Positions 19,217 to 28,245 of a DNA stretch of 64,000 bases are shown one piece after another. A program made the translations under genes and the position numbers. Every line of letters begins with the position of its first letter. Within the stretch, counting starts at the first letter, position 1. The notes under the pieces are model-generated. The model was given only the letters and a program-made list of their open reading frames with translations. It searched no databases and was not told where the DNA came from. The DNA comes from an uncultured bacterium (GTDB taxonomy: Bacteria; Fidelibacterota; Marinisomatia; Marinisomatales; UBA1611): NCBI GenBank assembly GCA_943788175.1, contig CALSPG010000005.1, positions 160,001 through 224,000 on the forward strand, read 5' to 3'.

Positions 19217-22200
19217 ATGATGAAAATTCATTGTTACATTCAGAACCTATTTCTGCTGAGGTATATAACAGTGATTATGATTTATCAATTGAGTTTCTTA
19301 CCACATGATGATTTGAGTACATATGGAGGTTTTTTTGGAGGTAATATTGATAATTTGAATCTCTGGAATAGAACCTTAATCTTAGATGAAATAATAGATA
19401 ATGACTTCAATTCATTAAGTGGTAATCAAAATGGATTAGTTGGTTTTTGGGATTTTAATGATGGTGAAGGTTCCACATTGACTGATTACAGTGGAAACGG
19501 AAATCATGGCACTATTTACGGTGCCACTTGGACTGATGATTTTCCAATACCACCACATGCAGGGCCTGAATGGTTTGTAGATGAAGATGGGTCAGATGAT
19601 AATAATGGGTCCTATGATTATCCATTTTCTACAATTCAGCATGCGATTAATTCTGCTAATGATGGAGATTCTATTTTTGTTCGTTCAGGAACGTATTATG
19701 AAAACATTAACTTTTATGGAAAAGAAGTAAAAGTTTTCGGTTTAAGCGGGCCAGAAGAAACAATCATTGATGGACAAGCTATGAACAGTGCGGTGGTTGC
19801 TTTCAGGGATTTTGATTATTCAGATGCAGGTATATATGGTTTTACAATTCAAAATGCTGAGTATGGAGTGATGGTATTAAATGGTGGTAGTCCGGAGATT
19901 AAATGGTGTATTGTAAGGGATATTACCTTAGGTGGTGATGGTGGTTTTTACTTAGCAGGAGATGGGATTGGTTCCTCACCGACAGTATCAGAATGTCTGA
20001 TTTATGGGAATGAAAGTAACTCTGGCGAAGGTGGTGGAATTAGAGTTGCGAGTAATAATGGAAGTTCTTCAGCTTTAATTATTAATTGTACAATCGTAGG
20101 CAATAGTCCAGAAGGTATTAGAGTGCATGGTTCTAACACAGTGGTTGATGTTGTAAATACTATCATTTACGATAATCCAACAAGCATCACAAATTTGGGA
20201 ACTATAAACATAACGAATAGTAATGTTCAAGGCGGTTTTGCTGGTGACGGTAATTTCGATGATGACCCTCAATTCTGCAATCCAGTGGCTGGTGATTATT
20301 TGCTCTCTGAGAGCTCTTCTAGTTTATTCTATGTAGAAGACAGCCTATCTGTTGGGTTTTATAATAATCCTGGATGTGAATTTGCATATACAAATTATGC
20401 TCTAAGCCTAAATGGGGATGATGACCAAATTGAACTTGACCCATCGTATTTAGATGGACTTAGTGAATTTACGTTTCAAGCTATGTTTTTTGCGAATCAA
20501 GAACAATCAGGAATTTCAAACATCATTCAGCACGATGGACCAAGCAGTGATTTCTATTTAAGATATGAAGGGAATGGTTTTAAAGCATTTCAAAAAAACA
20601 GTGATTCAGAATATGGGTTCATAAATATAGATGCTCCTAGTTCTAACGTTTGGCACCAAATTACTTTTACCTATGATGGTTCTACTTCTAGACTCTATTT
20701 AGATGGAAATGAGCAAGGTTCATTTGATTTAACTGGGACGTATGTTTCTAATGAAACAATCTACTTAGGCAATTGGGAGCAAAGGGAAGGTTTCAATGGA
20801 GCTATTGATGAGGTATCCTTATTTGATTATGCATTAACCCAAGAAGAAGTTTTAGATTATTCCAACAGAGCTTTGAGTGGTTTAGAGAATGGTGTTCTAG
20901 CTCATTTTAATTTTGATGAAGGCGACGGGAATACACTTTTAGATGTGACTGGTAATGGTAATGATGGGATTATAATAGGTGGATCATGGGTTGATGGAGC
21001 ACCACTTAATGCTCCAGAACCTCCTGAACCTGAAATAACAGCAATTAATGTTGAGATTGATAATAATAATGTAAGTTTTAGTTTCGAGGCCGATACTGCT
21101 GGGTTAGGATTTTTTGATGTGCAATGGGTTTTAGGCTCTGATACCGTAATGTCGTACCAAGGGACTAGTGCCCAGGATTTAAGGCCAGGATTGCATTATG
21201 TTCGCGCGCGGCTTATAGATCAAGGTGGAAATTTAAGAGGGGATGAAGTATTACAGAGTTTTTACATTTTAAATGGTTATGAACAATATTATTATACTGG
21301 ATTTGAAGATACTGTAGACACTGGTCTGCCAGCCGGATGGGGTTCATATTCAAATGGACAAGGGTGGTATGTATCAGACAACCCATTTTTCGAAGTATGG
21401 ACAGCAGAGCCCGGTGTTGGCAATGTTGCAATCTCAAACGATGATGCTGCAGATAACGATGGAGAAAATGATTTCAATAATGGCTCTCAAGACTTTCTTT
21501 ATTTACCGCCATTAGACTTTACTTCATTTGGTGGAGCTGTTGCTTTAGAGTTTGGAAGCTTCTTTACTGGTCATTGGAATCAAACAGCGCATGTTACTTA
21601 CACTACCGATGGTGGTTCTTCGTGGCAAACGCTTGCTGATATTGAACCAAGTTGGAAATGGGAAAGACAATATTTTGATTTAAGTTTTCTTCAGGGTTAT
21701 GAAAATGTTTCAATATCATTTCATAGTAATGATAATAATGATTGGGGTTCTGGTTTAATAATCGATGATGTATCTATTATCGAAAACTATACATTATCGA
21801 CATCATTCATCACTGGATATGTTTATAGTAGTAATGGAGATAACCCCTTAATAGGTGCTTCAATAATAGCGGTTGAAGAAAATAATTATTTTGATCATCA
21901 AACTATAAGCGATAGCACCGGATATTATTCTCTAGAACTTATTTCTGGAACTAACTATTATTTAAATACCAGCCTTTCAGACTATCAGGATAATGTTCAA
22001 TACGTTTCAGTATCTGATGATAGTCTTTATTTAAATATTTATTTAGATGATTTTCAAGAAGTTCAGGATGCAATAGTTGAAGGGAATGTAATTAACTGGT
22101 ACACAAACGAGAGCGTACCAAATGCTTCAGTTCTTTTTGTGTACTCTGATGACGAAATGCAGACCATAGAATTATTAACAGATGAGTCTGGGTATTTTAT

Positions 22201-24322
22201 GGCTCAGGTACCTAGTCAAAAAGATTATGATCTTTTTGTGTATGCTGATGGATATTGGGTGGAGCATGATGCTTTTTATCTAAATGAAAGCGAGCATCAA
22301 GTTTTAAGCGTAGGCATTGCTGAAATGTCCAGCGCATCAAGGTTATATGGAACGATAAGAGATGATGAAACAAATGAATTAATACCCTATGCAGAAGTTT
22401 ATTTGAACTGCGATCAAGCAAGTGACTGGGATCGTACAGGTCAACTAGGTACGTATAGATTATTTAATTATTACCCTGGTGATTGTGATAACGGTGTCTT
22501 GGTTGTCAATGCTCAGGGTTATGAAACGAGCTTACAATCTGTTAGCGATATTGAATTTGAAATAGGTGCTTCTATCAATAAAGACATCTCTCTTTCGCAA
22601 GGCAATAACCCTGAACCAGGAATGCTTTCTGGCACGATAATCTCAAACATAGATGACAATCAAATCCATGGAGCAATATTAAAAGCCTTTAGTATTAATA
22701 GTGGTTTACTCTATGAGACATTTACAGACAGCGGCTACTTTTCTTTTACGTTGCCCGAGTCTGAATATACCGTATCAATTAATGCAGACGGACATCAAGA
22801 AAAACTTGAAAGCATTTATGTTCACTCAGGGTCTCAACTAGACACAGTTATATATCTTGATGAAATATATTCAAACATTTTCTATGGTTTAGTTAGAGAT
22901 AATGATGGAAATCTTATAGATGGTGCGATAATAACTGCTCACTTTGAAGTGGACAATATTTCTTCGGAAATTTCAACTATTTCAAATACGGATGGTTCTT
23001 ATCAGTTAATTGTTCCTGATGGAACTTTTGATTTAGCTGTTTCTCGTACGGGGTATCAAATTTCATGGATTTATGATGTTTCCATTCTCGAAAGTAATAT
23101 TGAACAAGATTTTACGTTAGATCAAATTGGTTCATTTAATGGCGCATTAATGGGCTCAGTGTATTTCTTTGGTAACCTATCAGGTACGGCAACAATTAAT
23201 ATCTGGAATGATACTTATTTTGCTGAAGCTGTAACAGCTGAAAATGGGACTTTCTATATAGATCTCATAAATGGTACATATTCAATTTTTGCTGCAGCAA
23301 ATGGCTATACAAGCGTGGTTATTCCTGATGCAATAACAATCCAAGATAATGTAGTTAATTATGATATTCATTTTAGTCAGCCAGGCTTTGTTGAACCACC
23401 GGTAATATCATCCTTAAGTGATGTCCCGAATGATCAAGGAAGAAAGTTAGATATGTCATGGCTTCCAGGCGACCCTCAGGATTTTGAAAATTTTACCCAA
23501 TATTCTATTTGGAGAAAAATAACGAGCCTGCCTACTGGCTCACCAGAATTATGGCATTACATTGCAACAGAAGACTATGTGCAAGGTTCAGATATCTACG
23601 AAAGGTCTGTGCCAACTTTGATTGACGCAAACCCTGATACGGTTAATCAAAGTACTTTCATGGTTACTGCACATACAGAAGACCCTTTTGTCTTTTTTGA
23701 CTCCCCGCCATTTTCAGGTTTCTCAGTTGACAACCTTTTTCCAGAAGTACCTAGCAATATTAGTGTTTCGTCTTCGATGGCAGATAATTCAATGTATGAA
23801 GTTTCACTATCATGGTCTGAGGCGGGCGATGAAGATTTTGCTTTTTATAATGTTTATAGATCGGACATTAACAGTGACGAATCAGCAATGGTATTTCAAG
23901 TCGTTGAATCTACTTTTACAGATGTTGTTTCCGAGTGGGGTAATTATGAATACTGGGTAACGGCTGTAGATCATAATGGAAATGAAAGTGAGCCTTCTGA
24001 AATTGCGGGAATTCAATTGTCAGTTGAAGAAGAACTTATTCCAGATGAATTTGCATTAAGTCAGAACTATCCAAACCCATTTAATCCATCTACTCAAATA
24101 CGATATGCCTTAGCGGAAAATACAAAAGTGACTGTGACCATCTATAATATGCTGGGTAGTAGGGTTCGTACTCTTGTTAATAATTATCAAGATGCCGGAT
24201 TTAAGAATGTATTATGGAATGCAACCAATGACAACGGTGCCTCTGTATCTGCTGGTATGTATATCTATACAATCCAAGCTGGTAACTTTTATCAAGCTAA
24301 GAAAATGATTTTATTAAAATAA
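19217..24322 (+). CDS. C-terminal fragment of giant protein 2: DUF1565/right-handed beta-helix, LamG, MAM/cleaved-adhesin-like, carboxypeptidase-regulatory-like repeats, FN3, CTD
   Basis: 'PFSTIQHAI...GTYYENINF' and 'NYPNPFNPST...KKMILLK'. The first ~30 aa of the ORF are out of frame. Confidence 0.85.
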   Translation: MMKIHCYIQNLFLLRYITVIMIYQLSFLPHDDLSTYGGFFGGNIDNLNLWNRTLILDEIIDNDFNSLSGNQNGLVGFWDFNDGEGSTLTDYSGNGNHGTIYGATWTDDFPIPPHAGPEWFVDEDGSDDNNGSYDYPFSTIQHAINSANDGDSIFVRSGTYYENINFYGKEVKVFGLSGPEETIIDGQAMNSAVVAFRDFDYSDAGIYGFTIQNAEYGVMVLNGGSPEIKWCIVRDITLGGDGGFYLAGDGIGSSPTVSECLIYGNESNSGEGGGIRVASNNGSSSALIINCTIVGNSPEGIRVHGSNTVVDVVNTIIYDNPTSITNLGTINITNSNVQGGFAGDGNFDDDPQFCNPVAGDYLLSESSSSLFYVEDSLSVGFYNNPGCEFAYTNYALSLNGDDDQIELDPSYLDGLSEFTFQAMFFANQEQSGISNIIQHDGPSSDFYLRYEGNGFKAFQKNSDSEYGFINIDAPSSNVWHQITFTYDGSTSRLYLDGNEQGSFDLTGTYVSNETIYLGNWEQREGFNGAIDEVSLFDYALTQEEVLDYSNRALSGLENGVLAHFNFDEGDGNTLLDVTGNGNDGIIIGGSWVDGAPLNAPEPPEPEITAINVEIDNNNVSFSFEADTAGLGFFDVQWVLGSDTVMSYQGTSAQDLRPGLHYVRARLIDQGGNLRGDEVLQSFYILNGYEQYYYTGFEDTVDTGLPAGWGSYSNGQGWYVSDNPFFEVWTAEPGVGNVAISNDDAADNDGENDFNNGSQDFLYLPPLDFTSFGGAVALEFGSFFTGHWNQTAHVTYTTDGGSSWQTLADIEPSWKWERQYFDLSFLQGYENVSISFHSNDNNDWGSGLIIDDVSIIENYTLSTSFITGYVYSSNGDNPLIGASIIAVEENNYFDHQTISDSTGYYSLELISGTNYYLNTSLSDYQDNVQYVSVSDDSLYLNIYLDDFQEVQDAIVEGNVINWYTNESVPNASVLFVYSDDEMQTIELLTDESGYFMAQVPSQKDYDLFVYADGYWVEHDAFYLNESEHQVLSVGIAEMSSASRLYGTIRDDETNELIPYAEVYLNCDQASDWDRTGQLGTYRLFNYYPGDCDNGVLVVNAQGYETSLQSVSDIEFEIGASINKDISLSQGNNPEPGMLSGTIISNIDDNQIHGAILKAFSINSGLLYETFTDSGYFSFTLPESEYTVSINADGHQEKLESIYVHSGSQLDTVIYLDEIYSNIFYGLVRDNDGNLIDGAIITAHFEVDNISSEISTISNTDGSYQLIVPDGTFDLAVSRTGYQISWIYDVSILESNIEQDFTLDQIGSFNGALMGSVYFFGNLSGTATINIWNDTYFAEAVTAENGTFYIDLINGTYSIFAAANGYTSVVIPDAITIQDNVVNYDIHFSQPGFVEPPVISSLSDVPNDQGRKLDMSWLPGDPQDFENFTQYSIWRKITSLPTGSPELWHYIATEDYVQGSDIYERSVPTLIDANPDTVNQSTFMVTAHTEDPFVFFDSPPFSGFSVDNLFPEVPSNISVSSSMADNSMYEVSLSWSEAGDEDFAFYNVYRSDINSDESAMVFQVVESTFTDVVSEWGNYEYWVTAVDHNGNESEPSEIAGIQLSVEEELIPDEFALSQNYPNPFNPSTQIRYALAENTKVTVTIYNMLGSRVRTLVNNYQDAGFKNVLWNATNDNGASVSAGMYIYTIQAGNFYQAKKMILLK

Positions 24323-24338
24323 TTATATGGAGTTGAAC

Positions 24339-24746
24339 ATGAAAAAAATAATCATACTATCAACATCACTTTTATTAACGTTCGCTTTAGGGCAAAAACA
24401 GATTCCTGGAGACAATGGTGAAGGAAAACTATTTGATGAGAGATCAAATGGGAAGAAGTCATTAGCGATAGATACTGAAATGATTCAAAACATTAGGACT
24501 ATTAAGTCAATTAAGGAAAAAACATTTATTAAAAAACAAATAATGAACGCGGCTCCTAGCGAGAAAAAGTCTTTTAAAGTTTTAAATAGCGATAGCAAGT
24601 TTATGGCGATTAAGAAAATCATTGATCAGATTAAAAGTCAAGACCAAACTATTTCTTCAGAAAAAATAAATACAAATAAGAATAGTACAATATCTAAAGA
24701 TTCGAATAAGATAATTAATTACAAAAAAGGGAACAACACCAAGTAA
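24339..24746 (+). CDS. Small Lys-rich secreted protein (homolog of 6862..7245)
   Basis: GGAG RBS before MKKIII, signal peptide ending ALG|Q, motif 'IDTEMIQNIRTIKSIKEKTF'. Confidence 0.75.
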   Translation: MKKIIILSTSLLLTFALGQKQIPGDNGEGKLFDERSNGKKSLAIDTEMIQNIRTIKSIKEKTFIKKQIMNAAPSEKKSFKVLNSDSKFMAIKKIIDQIKSQDQTISSEKINTNKNSTISKDSNKIINYKKGNNTK

Positions 24747-24766
24747 CCTGCTAAGGCTTTAAAAGC

Positions 24767-26185
24767 ATGAAGAAAAACTTAAATAAAATATTAATATTAT
24801 TTTTTGCAACTCTAACTATAGGGTTTTCTCAAAATAACTATTCTCTCAGCTTTGATGGGGTTGATGATTACGTCAATATCTCTTCTGGTGATGATTTTAA
24901 TGTATCTGATGATCAAGAATTAACTATATCAGCATATATAAAAACAAATGAAAATGGATATTTGTTTAATGCGGAATTTAGCTTTGGGTATTATTTTTAT
25001 ATTTCACAATCATCTGAATTAGCACTATGGTATAACGGCACAGGTAATGGTTGTGGCGCAAATACTGATATAAGAGATGGGGATTGGCATCATGTGGTTG
25101 CTTCATACGACGGCAATTCAATTAAAATTTATATTGATGGTCAATTAGATAACAATTGTGAAAATATGGGATCATTAGAATCTCGCGATGGTTCTATTGA
25201 TATAACAATAGGTAATAGACCTGGCTCTACTCATTTTAATGGAGGAATTGATGAGGTCTCAATCTGGAATAAAGCATTAACTCAAGAGGAAGTCGAAAAT
25301 ACTATCCAGGTCGAACTTAATGGCGATGAAGAAGGTCTAATTGGATATTGGAATTTCAATGATGGAGAGGGTACCACATTAACTGACTTAAGTGGCAATG
25401 GGAATAATGGTACAATCAGCGGTGCTACTTGGAGTAATGATGTGCCAATTTTGCCAACTCCACCAGTAATTGGCGGGAACAATTCATTTAGTTTTGATGG
25501 TGATGATGATAGAGTTGAATTACCTAATCAAATAACAGAAGGATTAACCAGTGTCACTTTCATGGCATGGTTCAATACTACAGATCATTCTGGTTATTCA
25601 AATATTGTCCAAGATGATGGGCCTAGCGGAGCTTTATACATACGGTATAATCCTGATGGTAGTTTTAAATATGTTTTTAAAGCATCGCAAGGTTGGAGAT
25701 CAATTTCAATTAGTCCTCCTTCTTACGGTGTGTGGCATCATGTTGCTATGAGCTGGGATGGGAACAATATAAAGGCTTATCTAGATGGGGAAGAAGTTGG
25801 TAGTTCTAGTGGGTCAGGTACAATGAGTGGTGGAGGGCCGATATATATTGGTAATTGGCAACAGCAAGAGGGCTTTTCAGGGAAAATTGACGATGTCCAA
25901 TATTGGAATATTGCTCTAAGTGAATCTGAAATTCAAACGCACATGAATACAGAGCCAACAGGAAATGAAGAAGGTTTAATTGGATATTGGAATTTCAATG
26001 AGAGTGAGGGATCTGAATTAATAGATTTAAGTGGCAATGGTTATAATGGTACGGTCTATGGTGCTACTTGGTCAGGAGATGGTGCGCCGGTTGAAGCTCC
26101 AGTTTTAGGTTGTACAGATCTATATGCTGAAAATTATGATTCTGAGGCGAATTCAGATGATGGCAGTTGTTCTGGACTACCCTGA
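24767..26185 (+). CDS. Giant protein 3 fragment: signal peptide and 2 LamG domains
   Basis: GFS|QNNYSLSFDG, then two 'WHHV...G.ID.V..WN...GYWNFN' units. Confidence 0.8.
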   Translation: MKKNLNKILILFFATLTIGFSQNNYSLSFDGVDDYVNISSGDDFNVSDDQELTISAYIKTNENGYLFNAEFSFGYYFYISQSSELALWYNGTGNGCGANTDIRDGDWHHVVASYDGNSIKIYIDGQLDNNCENMGSLESRDGSIDITIGNRPGSTHFNGGIDEVSIWNKALTQEEVENTIQVELNGDEEGLIGYWNFNDGEGTTLTDLSGNGNNGTISGATWSNDVPILPTPPVIGGNNSFSFDGDDDRVELPNQITEGLTSVTFMAWFNTTDHSGYSNIVQDDGPSGALYIRYNPDGSFKYVFKASQGWRSISISPPSYGVWHHVAMSWDGNNIKAYLDGEEVGSSSGSGTMSGGGPIYIGNWQQQEGFSGKIDDVQYWNIALSESEIQTHMNTEPTGNEEGLIGYWNFNESEGSELIDLSGNGYNGTVYGATWSGDGAPVEAPVLGCTDLYAENYDSEANSDDGSCSGLP

Positions 26186-26961
26186 TAATGGAAACTATGC
26201 ATTAAGTTTTACTGAATCTGAAGATTATATTGAGCTGGCGGAGGATGGATTTGGCTCAGGTATTCCATTACTCTCACTGTTCTTTTTAAATCTTAATCAG
26301 CTCGATGACCTGATCAATAATGCAGCTGTCATTCACAGAGTGGGGATAGAAGTACTTCTGATTTTCACATCTACTATTATCAAATGGGATTAATCTCTTT
26401 TGGTGGGCACATGTCTGAACTAGCTGTGCAAATCAATCGGCAATACCCTTCGCAATTGGCTACAGGAATAATGGCTGGAATAATTCAGCTATTACATGGC
26501 ATGGTTTCAGCAATGGCGATCCTTTATAGGCGGTCGATATTGCGGAAGTCATTTATCCTCCGTACAATGCCACTGATGGTACAATGTCGATCGCGTACGA
26601 TTTACGATCTGGTGAGTACGGGTTCTAAGGAGATCTATCTGAAATGGATGAACTCCAGAGTATGGAATCAAGCTCTGGTTACTGCAGAATTACCCCTCTT
26701 TATCCAAATCAATAATTTAAATGATTCTGCATATGGTGGGCTACTGGAAAATGGATTCTGGTGAAGATGAAATCTTGTATGACCATTCTGGGAATCAAAA
26801 CCACGGATCAATTGTAGGAGCAACCTGGGTAGAAGTTACTTCTGGCTGCACAGGATCCCTATGCTGAAAATTATGATTCTGAGGCTAATTCAGATGACGG
26901 CAGTTGCTCAGGTTATCCAGATAATGGCCAATTTTCTCTGAGTTTTGATGGGATAGATGAT

Positions 26962-28245
26962 TTGGTTCAAATTAATGAGCCTTTGTTTAACCCAAATGAA
27001 TTTTCAATTGTATTTTATATTAAAACTAGTGTGAATGGGAAACAGCTCTTTTGGAGCGGCAGGACAATCACTGCATCACAACATACAGAGAACTCTTTTA
27101 ATTTTGATTTAAATGAAATTGATAATTTTTATACAGGTTTTTTCAATAATAACGATGGTCAATCTTTATGGTCGTATCAAAATATATATGATAACGATTA
27201 TCATCAAATTGTAGTGACATTTGAAAATGGTTTAGCAAAACATTACATTGATGGCAATCTAACAGCCTCTACTGATCTTAATTTTAATTCAATTAATGTT
27301 ACTGATGGCAATTTCTCTACTATAGGCAGGGGTATTGGTCAACCAGGTATTTGGGGAGCAAGGTTTTATGAAGGTAATATAGATGAAATTATAATATTTA
27401 ATAAATCACTAACTGAATCAGATCTTCCTCAATTGCTATCTGGAATTGAATATTCTGATGATATATCAGGACATTATAAATTTAATGCTGGTAATGGTGA
27501 CATTCTATTCGATCACTCTGGAAATCAAAATCACGGTTCAATAAATGGAGCAACTTGGAGTGAAGATGTTTATGTCCCTCCAGCCCCACCGGTCATTGGA
27601 GGTAATAATTCACTCAGTTTCGATGGGGTAGATGACTATGTAGAGATAGATGATGCTGATATTCTTGATGGTATGAATAATTTAACATTACAAACATGGA
27701 TAAAATTTAATTCTTACAATGATTATTCGGGGGAAGAAAAAGCATACAACCTTATTTCTAAACAGCAATATGGGGCAAATGCAAATGCTGGAATATCATA
27801 TGCTTTATACACTCATCATGATGCAAATCAATTAACATTTCTTATTAGCACAAATCAAAATCAACAAAAAGGTGCAAATCTTTTTGATTACGAATCATTT
27901 ATTAATCTTGATCAATGGCATCATATTGCTGGCGTTTATGATGGTTCTTTTGTTTACCTTTATATTGATGGAAATCTTGTTGCGCAAAGCGATGTGATAA
28001 ATGGTGAAATCGTAGGCACTGGCTATCCCTTAAGGATTGCCTCTAATTTGGGGGTAGATAGAATCGCATTTTTTGATGGTTCTTTTGATAATACATCTAT
28101 TTTATCTACCGCACTAAGTAGTGATGAAATTCAAAATCATATGAATATCTCATTTTCTGGTGAAGAACAAAATTTAGTTGGTTACTGGAACTTTAATGAA
28201 GGTGATGGCACAACTTTTTCGGATTTAAGTAGTAATGGAAAATAA
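26962..28245 (+). CDS. Giant protein 3 fragment: 2 LamG domains
   Basis: Two LamG units joined by PPAPPVIGGNNSLSFDG. Confidence 0.75.
   Translation: MVQINEPLFNPNEFSIVFYIKTSVNGKQLFWSGRTITASQHTENSFNFDLNEIDNFYTGFFNNNDGQSLWSYQNIYDNDYHQIVVTFENGLAKHYIDGNLTASTDLNFNSINVTDGNFSTIGRGIGQPGIWGARFYEGNIDEIIIFNKSLTESDLPQLLSGIEYSDDISGHYKFNAGNGDILFDHSGNQNHGSINGATWSEDVYVPPAPPVIGGNNSLSFDGVDDYVEIDDADILDGMNNLTLQTWIKFNSYNDYSGEEKAYNLISKQQYGANANAGISYALYTHHDANQLTFLISTNQNQQKGANLFDYESFINLDQWHHIAGVYDGSFVYLYIDGNLVAQSDVINGEIVGTGYPLRIASNLGVDRIAFFDGSFDNTSILSTALSSDEIQNHMNISFSGEEQNLVGYWNFNEGDGTTFSDLSSNGK

Larger units (their letters stand above)
12675..24322 (+). other. Giant secreted modular protein 2 (about 3900 aa), one gene broken by frameshifts: 5 LamG modules, 9 ENQD repeats, GCTD motifs, CBM-like, beta-helix, MAM/cleaved-adhesin-like, carboxypeptidase-regulatory-like, FN3, CTD
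   Basis: One signal peptide at 12675 and one CTD at the end. Domain motifs continue across the breaks at ~12860, 17198-17790 and 18925-19310. Confidence 0.8.

Noticed and set aside
26384-26764. 126-aa ORF, and the similar 26124 and 19075 ORFs, as independent genes
   Set aside because: They are frame-scrambled pieces of corrupted LamG modules.
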